Part shown: piece by piece, positions 35,983-45,911 of the stretch
Layout: each line of letters begins with the position of its first letter
How positions within the stretch are numbered: the first letter of the stretch is position 1
Source: an uncultured Planctomycetota bacterium
GTDB taxonomy: Bacteria > Planctomycetota > Planctomycetia > Gemmatales > Gemmataceae
Reading direction: 5' to 3'
NCBI GenBank assembly: GCA_963849325.1
Contig: CAWKHF010000012.1
Coordinates: 992,001 to 1,056,000, forward strand
Length of the DNA: 64,000 nt
Program-made: the position numbers and the translations under genes
The notes under the pieces: model-generated
Told to the model about the DNA's origin: nothing
Seen by the model: only the letters and a program-made list of their open reading frames with translations
Databases searched by the model: none

Positions 35983-37365
35983 ATGGCCTCCGCACTTCCC
36001 CGCGAGCGAGCGCCGGTCGCTTCCTCCCCGTGGGAGTTGGCCGCCGAGACCATCGCCGTCAAGATTCGCTGGTTCGGCCTGCTGGTCGGCTACGTCCTGG
36101 TCAATCTCCGCGATCACGGCGGCGCCCGACAGGCCGTTCTCAACGCCATCCTCACCGTCGGCGTCGCCTACACCCTGCTCGACACCTATTTCAGCGTGCG
36201 CGGCCGAGTCTTCCTCGGCCGCGCTCCCTTGGGCATCTCGCTGATGGAAGCACTGTTCATCGGCCTGCTCTGCTATTTCGACACCGGACTCGACAGCCCA
36301 TTCCGCTACTACTACTTCCTGTCGCTCATCTGCTGCGCCATTCGCCACGCCTCGGACGTCACCTACGCCACCTGTGCCCTGCACTGTCTCAGCTACGGCG
36401 TACTGTACCTGGCCCTGCCGCCGGAGGGGCAGCGCGTCATTGCCTTCACGTTGACGCTGGTGATCCTCGGCTGGGTAACGTGGGCGAGCAATGCCATGGC
36501 GCTGCTCTTGAAGCGCGTCGGCGACTACCTGGGCCAGCTCAACCGGGCGCTCGAAGAGAACAAGGCGGAGTTGGAGGCGCGCATCGCCGAGCGGACGCGC
36601 GAATTGCAGGAGGCGCAGGCGCACGTGCTGCACCAGGAGAAGATGGCCGCTTTCGGACTGCTCGCCGCCGGCATCGCCCATGAGGTCGGCAATCCGTTGA
36701 CGTCGATCAGCTCGATGGTACAGGTCCTCCAGCGCCGCGGCGGCGACCCGTACACGCTGGACAAGCTGGCCCTAGTCAGCGGCCAGCTGCAGCGCATCCG
36801 CACCACGCTGCGCGAATTGATCGAGTTCAGCCGGCCGGCCAGCAGTGAGCGGACGCGCGTGTCGCTGGACGAAGTGCTCGACGAAGCCTTGAACATCGCC
36901 AAGTATTACAAACGGATGCGCGGCCGCGTCTCCTCGCCGGCGTTGCCGCCGGACCTACCGCCATTGTTCGCTGTCCGGGATCAGCTGGTGCAGGTCTTTC
37001 TCAACCTCGTCCTCAACGCCATCGATGCCGCCGGCCGTGATGGCCGGATTGAATTGCACGTGCAGCGGCGGCCGGATGGCGTCGAGGTCCATGTGTGCGA
37101 CAGCGGCAGTGGCATCGCCCCGGAGCACGCGGCCCGGCTGTTCCAGCCGTACTTCACCACGAAAAAGCACGGCACCGGCCTGGGACTGTTCGTGACGCGC
37201 CAGCTCGTCACTGAGCACGGCGGCACCGTGACGTTCGAGTCGCACGCCGGCGCGGGTACGACCTTCCGCGTCTTCCTGCCCCTGGTCGATCAGCCGGAGC
37301 CGGCACCCGACGAGGGCGTGATGGCTGTCACCGCCGGCCGGAATGGAGAGAAAGGTACATGGTAG
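35983..37365 (+). CDS. Membrane sensor histidine kinase
   Basis: About five TM segments, AGIAHEVGNPL, NLVLNAIDA, DSGSGI, FQPYFTTK, GTGLGL. Confidence 0.92.
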   Translation: MASALPRERAPVASSPWELAAETIAVKIRWFGLLVGYVLVNLRDHGGARQAVLNAILTVGVAYTLLDTYFSVRGRVFLGRAPLGISLMEALFIGLLCYFDTGLDSPFRYYYFLSLICCAIRHASDVTYATCALHCLSYGVLYLALPPEGQRVIAFTLTLVILGWVTWASNAMALLLKRVGDYLGQLNRALEENKAELEARIAERTRELQEAQAHVLHQEKMAAFGLLAAGIAHEVGNPLTSISSMVQVLQRRGGDPYTLDKLALVSGQLQRIRTTLRELIEFSRPASSERTRVSLDEVLDEALNIAKYYKRMRGRVSSPALPPDLPPLFAVRDQLVQVFLNLVLNAIDAAGRDGRIELHVQRRPDGVEVHVCDSGSGIAPEHAARLFQPYFTTKKHGTGLGLFVTRQLVTEHGGTVTFESHAGAGTTFRVFLPLVDQPEPAPDEGVMAVTAGRNGEKGTW

Positions 37366-38795
37366 AGACACGTACCAGGGGCGAGGGACGAGAGAAGAGG
37401 TCTCTTCACTCGCCACTCGCCACTCGCCACTCGCCACTCGTCGGTGCGGAAGCGGCCATCCTCATCGTGGACGATGAATTGCTGATCCGCGAGACGCTGG
37501 CCGAGTATCTCGGGCAAGAGGGTTTCGCCGTCGTCACCAGCGCGTCCGGCGAGGACGCGCTGGAGCGCGCCGCCCAGCAGCGATTCGACATCGTGCTGTG
37601 CGACGTCCATCTGCCGGGGCTGGACGGCCTGGAGTTGCTCGACCGTTTGCGGTGCATCAGCCCTGAGACGTTCGTGCTCCTCATCACCGCTTACGCAACC
37701 GTCGAGAACGCGGTCGAGGCGTTCCAGCGCGGCGCGCACGACTACCTAATGAAGCCGATTCTGCTCGATGAGGTGCTGAGCAAGATCCGCCGTCTGCTGG
37801 CCCACCGGGCGCTGTACCTCGAAAACCAGTGGCTGCGCCGCGAGCTGAACCTCGATCGCCGGCCGGACAGCGAGCACATTATCGGCAAAAGTGCCGGCAT
37901 GGCCCGGGTGTTCGAGATGGTGCGCAAGGTGGCACCGACGCGCTCAACAGTGCTGATCGTCGGCGAGAGCGGCACCGGCAAGGAGTTGATCGCCCGCGCC
38001 ATCCACGCCGGAGGTATTGAGGGCGATTCCCCTTTTATCGCTCTTAATTGTGCCGCCATCCCGCCGGACCTGCTGGAGAACCAGTTGTTCGGCCATCGCA
38101 AGGGTGCTTTCACGGGGGCCGACCGCGATCAGGCGGGCGTGTTCGTCCACGCCGGCGACGGCACCGTGTTCCTCGACGAAATCGGCGAAATGCCGCTGGC
38201 CACCCAGGCCAAGTTGTTGCGGGCCATCGAACAGAAGGAAATCCTGCCGGTCGGGGCCAATGAGCCGATCCGCGTCGAGGCGCGCGTCCTGGCGGCGACG
38301 AACAAGGAGCTGATGAAGGAAGTCGAGTCCGGCCGCTTCCGCGAAGACCTGTATTATCGGCTCAACGTCGTGTGCATTCCCATCCCGCCGCTGCGCCAGC
38401 GCCGCGAGGACATTCCCGATCTCGTCGAGTTTCTGCTGGCCCGTCACGCGCGGACATTGGGCAAGCGCATCCGCGGCGTGACGCACGAGGCGATGCAGCG
38501 GCTGATGGCCTGCCGCTGGCGCGGCAACGTCCGCGAACTGGACAACGCGCTGCAACGAGCGGTGATTCTCGGCGAAGGGCCGCTCATCACACCGGCCGAC
38601 CTGCCGCCGGACCTGGCTCCGGTGGAGGGCGATCCGGCCCTGGTGGACGATCTCGGCGAGGCCGTCAAGCGCTTCGAGAAGCAGCACATCGAACGCATCC
38701 TGCGACAGACGCCGGACAAGAAGGAGGCGGCGCGACGGCTGGGCATGGGACTTAGCTCACTCTACCGCCGCATCGCCGAGTTGGGCATCGTTTAG
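37359..38795 (+). CDS. NtrC/AtoC-type sigma54-dependent response regulator
   Basis: Receiver ILIVDDE..LCD..MKP; GESGTGKE, GAFTGA, FLDEIGE, WRGNVREL, C-terminal HTH. Confidence 0.93.
   Translation: MVETRTRGEGREKRSLHSPLATRHSPLVGAEAAILIVDDELLIRETLAEYLGQEGFAVVTSASGEDALERAAQQRFDIVLCDVHLPGLDGLELLDRLRCISPETFVLLITAYATVENAVEAFQRGAHDYLMKPILLDEVLSKIRRLLAHRALYLENQWLRRELNLDRRPDSEHIIGKSAGMARVFEMVRKVAPTRSTVLIVGESGTGKELIARAIHAGGIEGDSPFIALNCAAIPPDLLENQLFGHRKGAFTGADRDQAGVFVHAGDGTVFLDEIGEMPLATQAKLLRAIEQKEILPVGANEPIRVEARVLAATNKELMKEVESGRFREDLYYRLNVVCIPIPPLRQRREDIPDLVEFLLARHARTLGKRIRGVTHEAMQRLMACRWRGNVRELDNALQRAVILGEGPLITPADLPPDLAPVEGDPALVDDLGEAVKRFEKQHIERILRQTPDKKEAARRLGMGLSSLYRRIAELGIV
37407..37440. repeat. 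Heptamer tandem repeat (CACTCGC)x~5
   Basis: CACTCGC four times plus CACTCG, preceded by a purine-rich, partly complementary tract at 37377-37399. Confidence 0.9.
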
Positions 38796-38817
38796 CCGCG
38801 ACGCGCAGCGGAGCGCG
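38789..38817. repeat. Single arm of family D overlapping the regulator stop codon
   Basis: CGTTTAGCCGCGACGCGCAGCGGAGCGCG; TAG at 38793-38795 is the stop. Confidence 0.9.
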
Positions 38818-38871
38818 TTGCCTGTCAAACGCAATCCCTGCCGGTCGCCGTTTTTCGCCGGCCGGGTCCAT

Positions 38872-40257
38872 TCACGCCGCTCCTTTCTTCTTCGGCTCCC
38901 TCTTGGGCAGGCTGCCGCTGGGCACCCGTTCCTTCCAGGCGGCGTGCGCCTTGGCGCGTTCGGCCTCGGAGCCGGCCGGGTCGTAGGGGACGCGCAGGTC
39001 CTCCGGCAGCAGGCGCGACAGGTGCCACCAGGCCAGATGGCGAATGGCCAGATCCTCGTGCCGCAGATAGGCGATGAGCGTTTCGTAAGTATCCGGATCG
39101 TCGGCGGCGAAGGCACTGTGAAGGAGCTGCAACACCGTCGCCGCCCGCGCCCGCGAATAATGGAGTTGGTCCTGGAGGAACTGATACAGCCGCTGGTCCT
39201 GTCCGGCCGCGTCGCCGATCCAGTGCCGCAGGGCCAGCACAGCGGCGTTGCGGACGTTGGCCTGCTTGGGATCGCCCAGGGTCTGCACGACGCGGTCAAT
39301 GTCATTGATGGCGGCCAGGCCGAAGACGGCGAACTCGGCCATCGCTCTGGTCCGTTCGCCGTCGCGCTCATTCTCCGCGGCGGCCAGCACGTCGGCCAGC
39401 GCCGTTCGCGGCTCTCGGTCCTTCACCCGGTCGCGGTACTTGTCGATCGCCACGAAAAAAGGCGAGGCTTTCGCCGCTGCCTTGGCGTGGAGGTCGGCCC
39501 ACTCCGGGATGCGGTCGCGGCGCTCCGGCACCTCGGCGGGTCCGTTGTCGCTGTCCCAGTGGAAATAGGCGCGGCCGGGCGGCGCCGACAGCGAATGCTC
39601 CGTGCCGCCGGCCTTCACATCGACCTGTCCCTTGACGATGAGGAAGCTCAGTGTCCGCGCCGGCACGTCCTGCGGCCGCGGCGCGGCGGTGAAGGGGACG
39701 CCGCGCGGCCAGAAGCCGTACAGCGCCAGACACACGGCATCTCCCGGCTCGGCCAGCGTCAACCGAAATGCCGCCCCCTCGACGCGCACCCAGACGCGGG
39801 CCGCTCCTTTCTCCTTGCGATTGGTGACGATCGCGCGACCGCGGTGGAGCGTGAAGTCGAGGTCGAACGCCCGGCTGTCGTGCAGGAGGACGGCACTCTG
39901 CAATCCCGAGAACCCGGTCGTCCCCGGCAGGTTGCCCCACAGGGTCAGCCCGACGGTCTTCGGCCGCGTCTCCACGTCGGCCCGTAATCCCGGCAGGGAG
40001 AGCAGCAGGTCGCGGCTGAAAACGTCGTCCGACGCGCCGAGCGTCCGCCACGGCTGACCCGGCCGTTCGTTGACCAGCAGACCGCCCGCCGGTGACAGAC
40101 ACTTCCCCAGCGGCACGCGCGGCTCCCAACTGACCGGCCGTGTGCCCAGCTCCTGGGACCGCACGGCGGGACCGGCTGCCAGCAGCACACCGATCAGCAG
40201 CGGCCGGACGTACCGAGGTAGACCGCGAAGGAGGACGCAGGTTCTTCGCTCGTTCAT
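38872..40257 (-). CDS. Secreted hypothetical protein (beta-rich N-terminus, HEAT-like helical C-terminus)
   Basis: Intact ORF with signal-like LLIGVLLAAGPAVRS. Confidence 0.65.
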   Translation of the reverse strand: MNERRTCVLLRGLPRYVRPLLIGVLLAAGPAVRSQELGTRPVSWEPRVPLGKCLSPAGGLLVNERPGQPWRTLGASDDVFSRDLLLSLPGLRADVETRPKTVGLTLWGNLPGTTGFSGLQSAVLLHDSRAFDLDFTLHRGRAIVTNRKEKGAARVWVRVEGAAFRLTLAEPGDAVCLALYGFWPRGVPFTAAPRPQDVPARTLSFLIVKGQVDVKAGGTEHSLSAPPGRAYFHWDSDNGPAEVPERRDRIPEWADLHAKAAAKASPFFVAIDKYRDRVKDREPRTALADVLAAAENERDGERTRAMAEFAVFGLAAINDIDRVVQTLGDPKQANVRNAAVLALRHWIGDAAGQDQRLYQFLQDQLHYSRARAATVLQLLHSAFAADDPDTYETLIAYLRHEDLAIRHLAWWHLSRLLPEDLRVPYDPAGSEAERAKAHAAWKERVPSGSLPKREPKKKGAA

Positions 40258-40395
40258 GGCTGCTCTCGCGCTTTCAGATCGGAGGAGGACGCCGCCGTCG
40301 CGGCGAACCACGCTGGCGACCGCGACGGGACGGCGACATTGTAACATGAGGACCGCACCCCACGCCGAACAGTTTTTCGAGATGGACGGCGCGAA

Positions 40396-41265
40396 TTAGA
40401 AATCGTTGCCGTTGACGATGTAGCCGTCACTGGCGAAGTACAGGTTCAGTAGCGGGAAGTTGGCCGGCACCGGCTTGCTGCAATTCTGCTGGCTGGGATC
40501 GTTGGCGAGGGAGTTCTTCAGGAAGTGAACCGAGGCGTCGCAGAAGGCGAAGTTGGCCCCGCCCGGATGATAGCTCGACCAGGCAAAGTGCGTGCAGTTC
40601 CCATCGGCGCCGCCGGCGAACGGCGTCCCGATCGGCCAGGTGGGCCGGCCGATGACGCTCTCGACGCCGCTGAGCGCACTATGGGCCGTGTCACGCCCCG
40701 CCCACACTGCCCCGACCTGGCTCTGCATGTCGCGCTCGCCGATCAGGATAGTGTTGCTGGTCCCGTCGGTGATCGTGGACATCGGATACCCCACGCCGCC
40801 ATCGCTGATTTGCTCGCTGACGACGTAGTTGCTCTTGGCGTATCCGCCGAAGTAGGTGTTGAGGTTCCCGCCGGGATCCGAAGGACAGCTGAAGACGGAG
40901 ACCCTCAAGAGGGTGTTGGGCGTCGTACCGGACAGGGTGGTCCCATTCGGGTTGATGTTGTTGAAAAGGTTCTGCTGCTCGACATACGGTAGCAGCCAGA
41001 CCGACCAGCCATAGTTCGAGGGCTTGGCGAACGCTGGGGGAAAGGCCTGGTTGCTGTCGTGGTAGCTGTGCATGGCCAGGCCGAGTTGATGCAGGTTGTT
41101 CTGGCACTGACTGCGTGCGGCGGCTTCGCGCACCTTCTGCACGGCCGGCAGCAACAGGCCGATCAGCACCGCGAGGATGGCGATGACCACCAGCAGTTCG
41201 ATCAGCGTGAAGCCGCGGCGACAGAGCGATGTCGTCCGGCAGGGCGTGTGGTCGTCTCGGGTCAT
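40396..41265 (-). CDS. DUF1559 prepilin-type N-terminal methylation domain protein
   Basis: GFTLIELLVVIAILAVLIGLLLPAVQKVREAAARSQCQNNL, ITDGTSNT, SYHPGGANFAFCDASV. Confidence 0.95.
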   Translation of the reverse strand: MTRDDHTPCRTTSLCRRGFTLIELLVVIAILAVLIGLLLPAVQKVREAAARSQCQNNLHQLGLAMHSYHDSNQAFPPAFAKPSNYGWSVWLLPYVEQQNLFNNINPNGTTLSGTTPNTLLRVSVFSCPSDPGGNLNTYFGGYAKSNYVVSEQISDGGVGYPMSTITDGTSNTILIGERDMQSQVGAVWAGRDTAHSALSGVESVIGRPTWPIGTPFAGGADGNCTHFAWSSYHPGGANFAFCDASVHFLKNSLANDPSQQNCSKPVPANFPLLNLYFASDGYIVNGNDF

Positions 41266-41288
41266 TGCCTGGATGCTGTGAGTAACTT

Positions 41289-41357
41289 CGTTTAGCCGCG
41301 ACGCGCAGCGGAGCGCGGGCGTCTCGCCCGCGCTCCGCTGCGCGTCGCGGCCAAACG
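41289..41357. repeat. REP-like palindrome, family D
   Basis: CGTTTAGCCGCGACGCGCAGCGGAGCGCGGGCG...CGCCCGCGCTCCGCTGCGCGTCGCGGCCAAACG. Confidence 0.93.
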
Positions 41358-41370
41358 GAGAAGTCCTTGG

Positions 41371-42741
41371 TCAGCTGCTCAACCCCTCCACCTCCCAGCC
41401 CTTGCGGTAACGGCGGCGGACATGCTGGTTGGCCTCCTCGACGTTCTTCACCTGCAGCTGGGCCGCGTCCCATTCCAGCGTCGTTTTGGGGAAGCGCGTC
41501 GCCAGACAGCCCAGTAGCACCGTTTCGGTCAGCGGGCCGGAGTAGGCGAACGGGGCCGACGTTTTGCCGTTGCCGCGGCACGCCTCGACGAACTGCAAGT
41601 AATGATTGGCTCCCGCCGGCGTTGGGCAGCTTGTAATCCGCGAACTTGTCGGCCGGCAGCAGCACCGGCGTCGGCGATGTACGGCGAATACAGCACGCCG
41701 TCCGTGCCGATGTAGATGGAACCCTGATCGTGCAACTTCCGGCCGCCGAGCAGCGCCTGCACCTCGGCCGGCGGTCGATTGTCGCCGTTGTACCAGTGCA
41801 GCGTCAGCGTCTTCGTCGTGTACGTCGTGCCGGGGAAAGTGTACTTGACGTGTACGTTGAGGCTCCAGTTGTCGGCGTTGGGCGTCTCGTCCTCTTCCGA
41901 GCGCACCGACCGTTGGCGCCGTCAGGGCCAGCGAGCCGTACACGGGATCGAGGATGTGGCAACCCATGTCGCCGAACGTGCCGGTGCCGAAATCGAGGCG
42001 CTTGCGCCAGTTGCCGGGATGATAATAACCGCCGCCGATGAAGGGCCGCTCGGCGGCCACGCCCAGCCAGTCGTTCCAGTTGAAACCTTCCGGCACCGGG
42101 ATCGCTGCGGTCGGGCCGTGGGTTCTTGTCGCCCCAGCCCTTGCCGCTCCAGCTATGGACCTCCTTCACCTTGCCGATCGCGCCGGCCTGGATGGTCGGC
42201 CACGACTTGCCGGTGCACCGAGTCCGAGTGGATCTGGATGCCCATCTGCGTGACCAGCTTTTTCTCGTCGGCCACTCGTCGCAGTTGTCGCGCCTCGTAG
42301 ATGGTCTGCGTCAGCGGCTTCTGCGTGTAGACGTGCAGGCCCTGCTGCATCGCCCGCATGGTGATGGGGGCGTGCATGTGGTCCGGCGTGGACACGTTCA
42401 CCGAGTTGAGGTTTTTCTCCTTGTCCAGCAGCTCGCGCCAGTCCTGGTAGATTTTCACGTCGGGGAACTTCTTCTTGACCTCGGCCGTGCGGTTGAGGTC
42501 CACGTCGGCCACTGCGACGAGCTTGATGCGCTTGTGCGTCTCAACCCGTTTCGACTCCTCGACGTTGATGCCGGTTAGCGAGTAGATGTCGGACAGGCCA
42601 TGCCGTTGGCGCCGAAGCTGGCGTGGTAGAGGGTCTCGCTCGGGGCGGCGCGGCGTGAGCGCGGAACACGAAGGGGGCGGCCAGTCCGGCGGCCGCGACC
42701 CGCTTCAAGGCGGCGCGGCGAGTGATGCGCGAAGTCGTCAT
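41371..42741 (-). CDS. Tat-exported Gfo/Idh/MocA oxidoreductase (several frameshifts)
   Basis: ITRRAALK Tat motif, STPDHMHA, YTQKPL, TQMGIQIHS, DFGTGTFGDMGCHI, RYRKGWEV. Confidence 0.88.
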
Positions 42742-42762
42742 GGAATCGCTCCTCGTGGTTTC

Positions 42763-42865
42763 TTCTCCCCTCTCCCCCGCTTCGGGGGAGAGGGGTTGGG
42801 GGTGAGGGGGAGGAGGCATCCCCTCACCCCCAACCCCTCTCCTCCAAGCGGGGAGAGGGGGAGAA
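42763..42865. repeat. Nested palindrome (CCCCTCACCCCCAACCCCTCTCC family)
   Basis: TTCTCCCCTCTCCCCCGCTTCGGGGGAGAGGGGTTGGGGGTGAGGGG...CCCCTCACCCCCAACCCCTCTCC...GGGGAGAGGGGGAGAA. Confidence 0.9.
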
Positions 42866-42869
42866 AGGA

Positions 42870-44232
42870 TTATTTCTTCTCCAGGCGCTTGATCTGGATG
42901 TTGCGGAAGGCCACTGGATCGTTGTGGCCGGCGAAACCGAAGTGACCGCTCGTGCGGTCCTTGCCCGGATGCGTGCTGTTGGCCATGTACTCCGTCACCT
43001 TGCTCAGATCGCAATCGAGGATGACGGTGCCGTTCAGCTCGACCTTGATCGTCGGTCCCTTGACCGTCACTTCCTGATAGTTCCATTCGCCGATCGGCCG
43101 CTGATAGCCGCGCGTGAGCGGCCACCATGCCGTAGGCCGAGCCGTGGGCCTGCCGCGGATCGATGCCCTTGTAGGCGTCGTCCAGCACTTGCAGCTCGCA
43201 CATGCCGACGTAGGCGGTGTCGCCGTTGCCGGGGTAGCGGATGGCCAGGCCGTTGTTGCCGCTCTTGGGCAGCTTGAACTCCAGCCGGGCGACGAAATCG
43301 CCGTATTCCTCCTTGGTGTAGATGGTGCCGCCCTTGCCGCGGCTTGCACAGGATGGCCCCGTCCTTGACCTCGATAGTTGTCGATCGGCCCGGCCCAGCC
43401 GTCGAAGTCCTTGCCGTTGAAAACGTCCTCGAAGCCCTTCCGAGTCGCTGAATTCGCGCAGCAGTTTGTTGGCCTCGTCCGCAGGGGATCTCGCGGACGT
43501 AGATGTTGCGCCAGCGGATCTCGCTGCCGTGCGTTTGCAGCTGGATCGGACCTTTCCTCAACAGCGGCATCTTGCGGTTCCAGTAGTTCTCCAGGCGGGC
43601 GTTGTTGACGACGAGCTTGCCGTTGAGATACACCGTGGTCCGTTCGCCGAGTTGGAGGATGCGGAAATGAGTTCCATTCGCCGAACGGCTTGTCGGCCAG
43701 GACGAGCGGATCTTTGCCGGGCGAGCCGGGGCTGTTGTTCCACAGCCCGCCGCTGCCCTTGTCGGCGCCGAGGTTCCACTTGCCGCCTTCCTTGGTGTAG
43801 TCCCAGATTTGCACCTGCGGCGTCGCCCGCAGATAGATGCCGCTGTCGCCCTTGGGATACATCTTGTAATCGATCAGCAACTCGATGTCGCCGTAGTCCT
43901 TGTCGGTGGTCAGGTAGGCGCCCTTGCCGTCGTTGACGATCTCGCCCTTCTCGACCTTCCAGTGCGTCTTGATCTCCTCGTTCCACTTGTCGATCTGGGC
44001 CTTGCGCTCGTCCTCGGACATGGCCGCCAGCTTGTAGGGATCGAAGTGTCGGCATCGCCGTGCCAGCCGGTGAAATCCTTGCCGTTGAACAGGGCGGTGA
44101 ACCCCTTCGGCGCTTGCGTCGGACTACGGCGATTTGTCGGCAGCGCTTGTCTGTCGGCGGCTGCACCGCGGAGGCGAGGAGGACAGAACGGTGAAGGCGA
44201 ACAGGTGGGTGTGGAGGAGAGTATGTTGGCAT
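42870..44232 (-). CDS. Tandem DUF1080 (3-keto-disaccharide hydrolase-like) protein (frameshifted, start approximate)
   Basis: Two copies of (L/V)FNGKDFxGW; GDSGIYLR, GPIQLQTHG..WRNI; GHFGFAGHNDPVAFRNI. Confidence 0.88.
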
Positions 44233-44372
44233 CGGCAAATCCTGCGGACGGAGGGAGGGTAGCGGCGTTCGGACGAGCGGCGGCAGCAGGGTGACATCCC
44301 CTTCTCGCCCGAACCGCCGACAATCATATGCGGAGCAGAGGCGACATCCGCCAGTGTTTTGCGCATCGACCG

Positions 44373-45227
44373 TCAGCGCCGTGGCGGCCCATTTCTCCTT
44401 CATGAAGCGCAGTCCCTTGCGTGTACACTTCCTCGGCGGCGGGGAACAGGTCGCGCCACACCTTCGTGGCGGCGGCCAGGTCCGGCAGCGCACGGCCGAA
44501 CGCCTCGATCACCATCCAGCCGTCGTAGCCGACCTGCCGCAAGGCGCGGAACGTCTCGTCCCAGGCGACGTGGCCGGTGCCCGGCGTGCCGCGGTCGTTC
44601 TCGCTGATGTGGACGTGGACGAAGCTGTCGGCGATGCTGGTGATGACGGCGGCGGCGTGCTTCTCCTCGATGTTGGCGTGGAAGGTGTCGTACATCATGC
44701 GGAAGTGCGGATGATCGACGGCCTTGACCAGGGCGCGGGCGTCGGCGGCGGTCGTCAGGAAATAGCACTCGAAGCGATTGAGGTACTCGATGGCCAGCAT
44801 GACCTTCGCCTTCTTGCGCCTCCTCGGCGGCCTGGCGCAGCACCTCGACGGCCCGCTTCTTCTCGTCGGCGGTCGGGCCGGCGCCGGAGAAGACGCCGAG
44901 CGGCGAGTGATAGGGCCCGCACAGGATTCTCGCCGCCGAGCGTGGCCGTCATCTCGATGGCCCATTTCATGTGATCGAGGCCCGCTTGCCGCAGTCCCGG
45001 GTCGGGGCTGATGGGATTGGCGGCCTGCGTGGCAGCAACAGACGGTCGTGCAGCCCAGGCCGTGGTTGTCCAGCTCCTTGCGGATGGATCTTGTAGTGGG
45101 TGGCGTCGCCGGCGAAGAGGGGCAGTTCGACGCCGTCGTAGCCGGCCTTCTTGAGCTTGGCGAACAGCGGGAAGTGTTCCTCGGTGACGTGCGTGGTCCA
45201 GAGGAGCAGGTTCATGCCGGTTTTCAT
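44373..45227 (-). CDS. TIM-barrel sugar epimerase (D-tagatose/psicose 3-epimerase-like; frameshifted, 3' end approximate)
   Basis: GYDGVELP, EYLNRFECY, YDTFHANIEE, HVHISENDRGTPG, IEAFG. Confidence 0.88.
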
Positions 45228-45355
45228 CGGATGTGCGTCTCCGTGGCGAGAAAGTCGGTGCGTTGACGGAATGTCGAGTATTGTCCGGCAGGCGTTCTTG
45301 CTTGGCAAGCATGCTTTTGGGGATTACCATCGGGGCATCGTTTCGGCCTCTCGAC

Positions 45356-45664
45356 TCACCGTCGGCCGCGACAACCCGGACCTGTCTTCGCCTCTTGTTT
45401 TTCGGTGATGTGGCCGCCCTTCTCCTTCAGGGCGGAAACCCGCTCGGCGTTGATCTGGAGGTACTGCTCCCACGCGCCGGGAACATTCGTGTCATGGAAA
45501 ATGGCCTCCACCGGGCATTCGGGAACACAGGCCTCGCAATCGATGCACTCTCCCGGATCAATGTAAAGTTGCTGCTCATCTTGGTAGAAGCACTCACAGG
45601 GGCAGACGACCACGCAGTCCGTGTACTTGCAGCCGCGGCACGGCTCGCAAACGACGTAGGTCAT
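45356..45664 (-). CDS. 7Fe (FdxA-type) ferredoxin
   Basis: MTYVVCEPCRGCKYTDCVVVCP, CIDCEACVPECPVEAI. Confidence 0.93.
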   Translation of the reverse strand: MTYVVCEPCRGCKYTDCVVVCPCECFYQDEQQLYIDPGECIDCEACVPECPVEAIFHDTNVPGAWEQYLQINAERVSALKEKGGHITEKQEAKTGPGCRGRR

Positions 45665-45707
45665 GGGGTCTCCTTTTCATCAGGGTATTCGGAACGCCCC
45701 CCTCCTT

Positions 45708-45723
45708 TGCGAGCCGCATGCCG
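45708..45723 (-). promoter_or_regulatory. Candidate sigma54 (-24/-12) promoter of the ferredoxin gene
   Basis: CGGCATGCGGCTCGCA = GG-N10-GC about 45 nt upstream of the ATG; two deviations from consensus. Confidence 0.5.
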
Positions 45724-45822
45724 CGTTGCTCGCCGCCTCACACTTGTGCTCGAACCTCTGTGGGTGAATCCAGTTGCGTCGATCCGGCGCCGACATCGCC
45801 GAGGGCGTGAAGCGGACAAGGC

Positions 45823-45857
45823 CGACCAAATGTGGTCACTTCGACCAAGAGAAGTCA
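45823..45857. promoter_or_regulatory. Tandem candidate enhancer (UAS) sites
   Basis: CGACCAAATGTGGTCA and CGACCAAGAGAAGTCA, 19-bp period, 100-135 bp upstream of the sigma54 motif. Confidence 0.4.
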
Positions 45858-45911
45858 CGCGGAGAGGGCCGAGAAGCGAGGGGCTGACGAGGGGACCATC
45901 GGCCCATCCGA

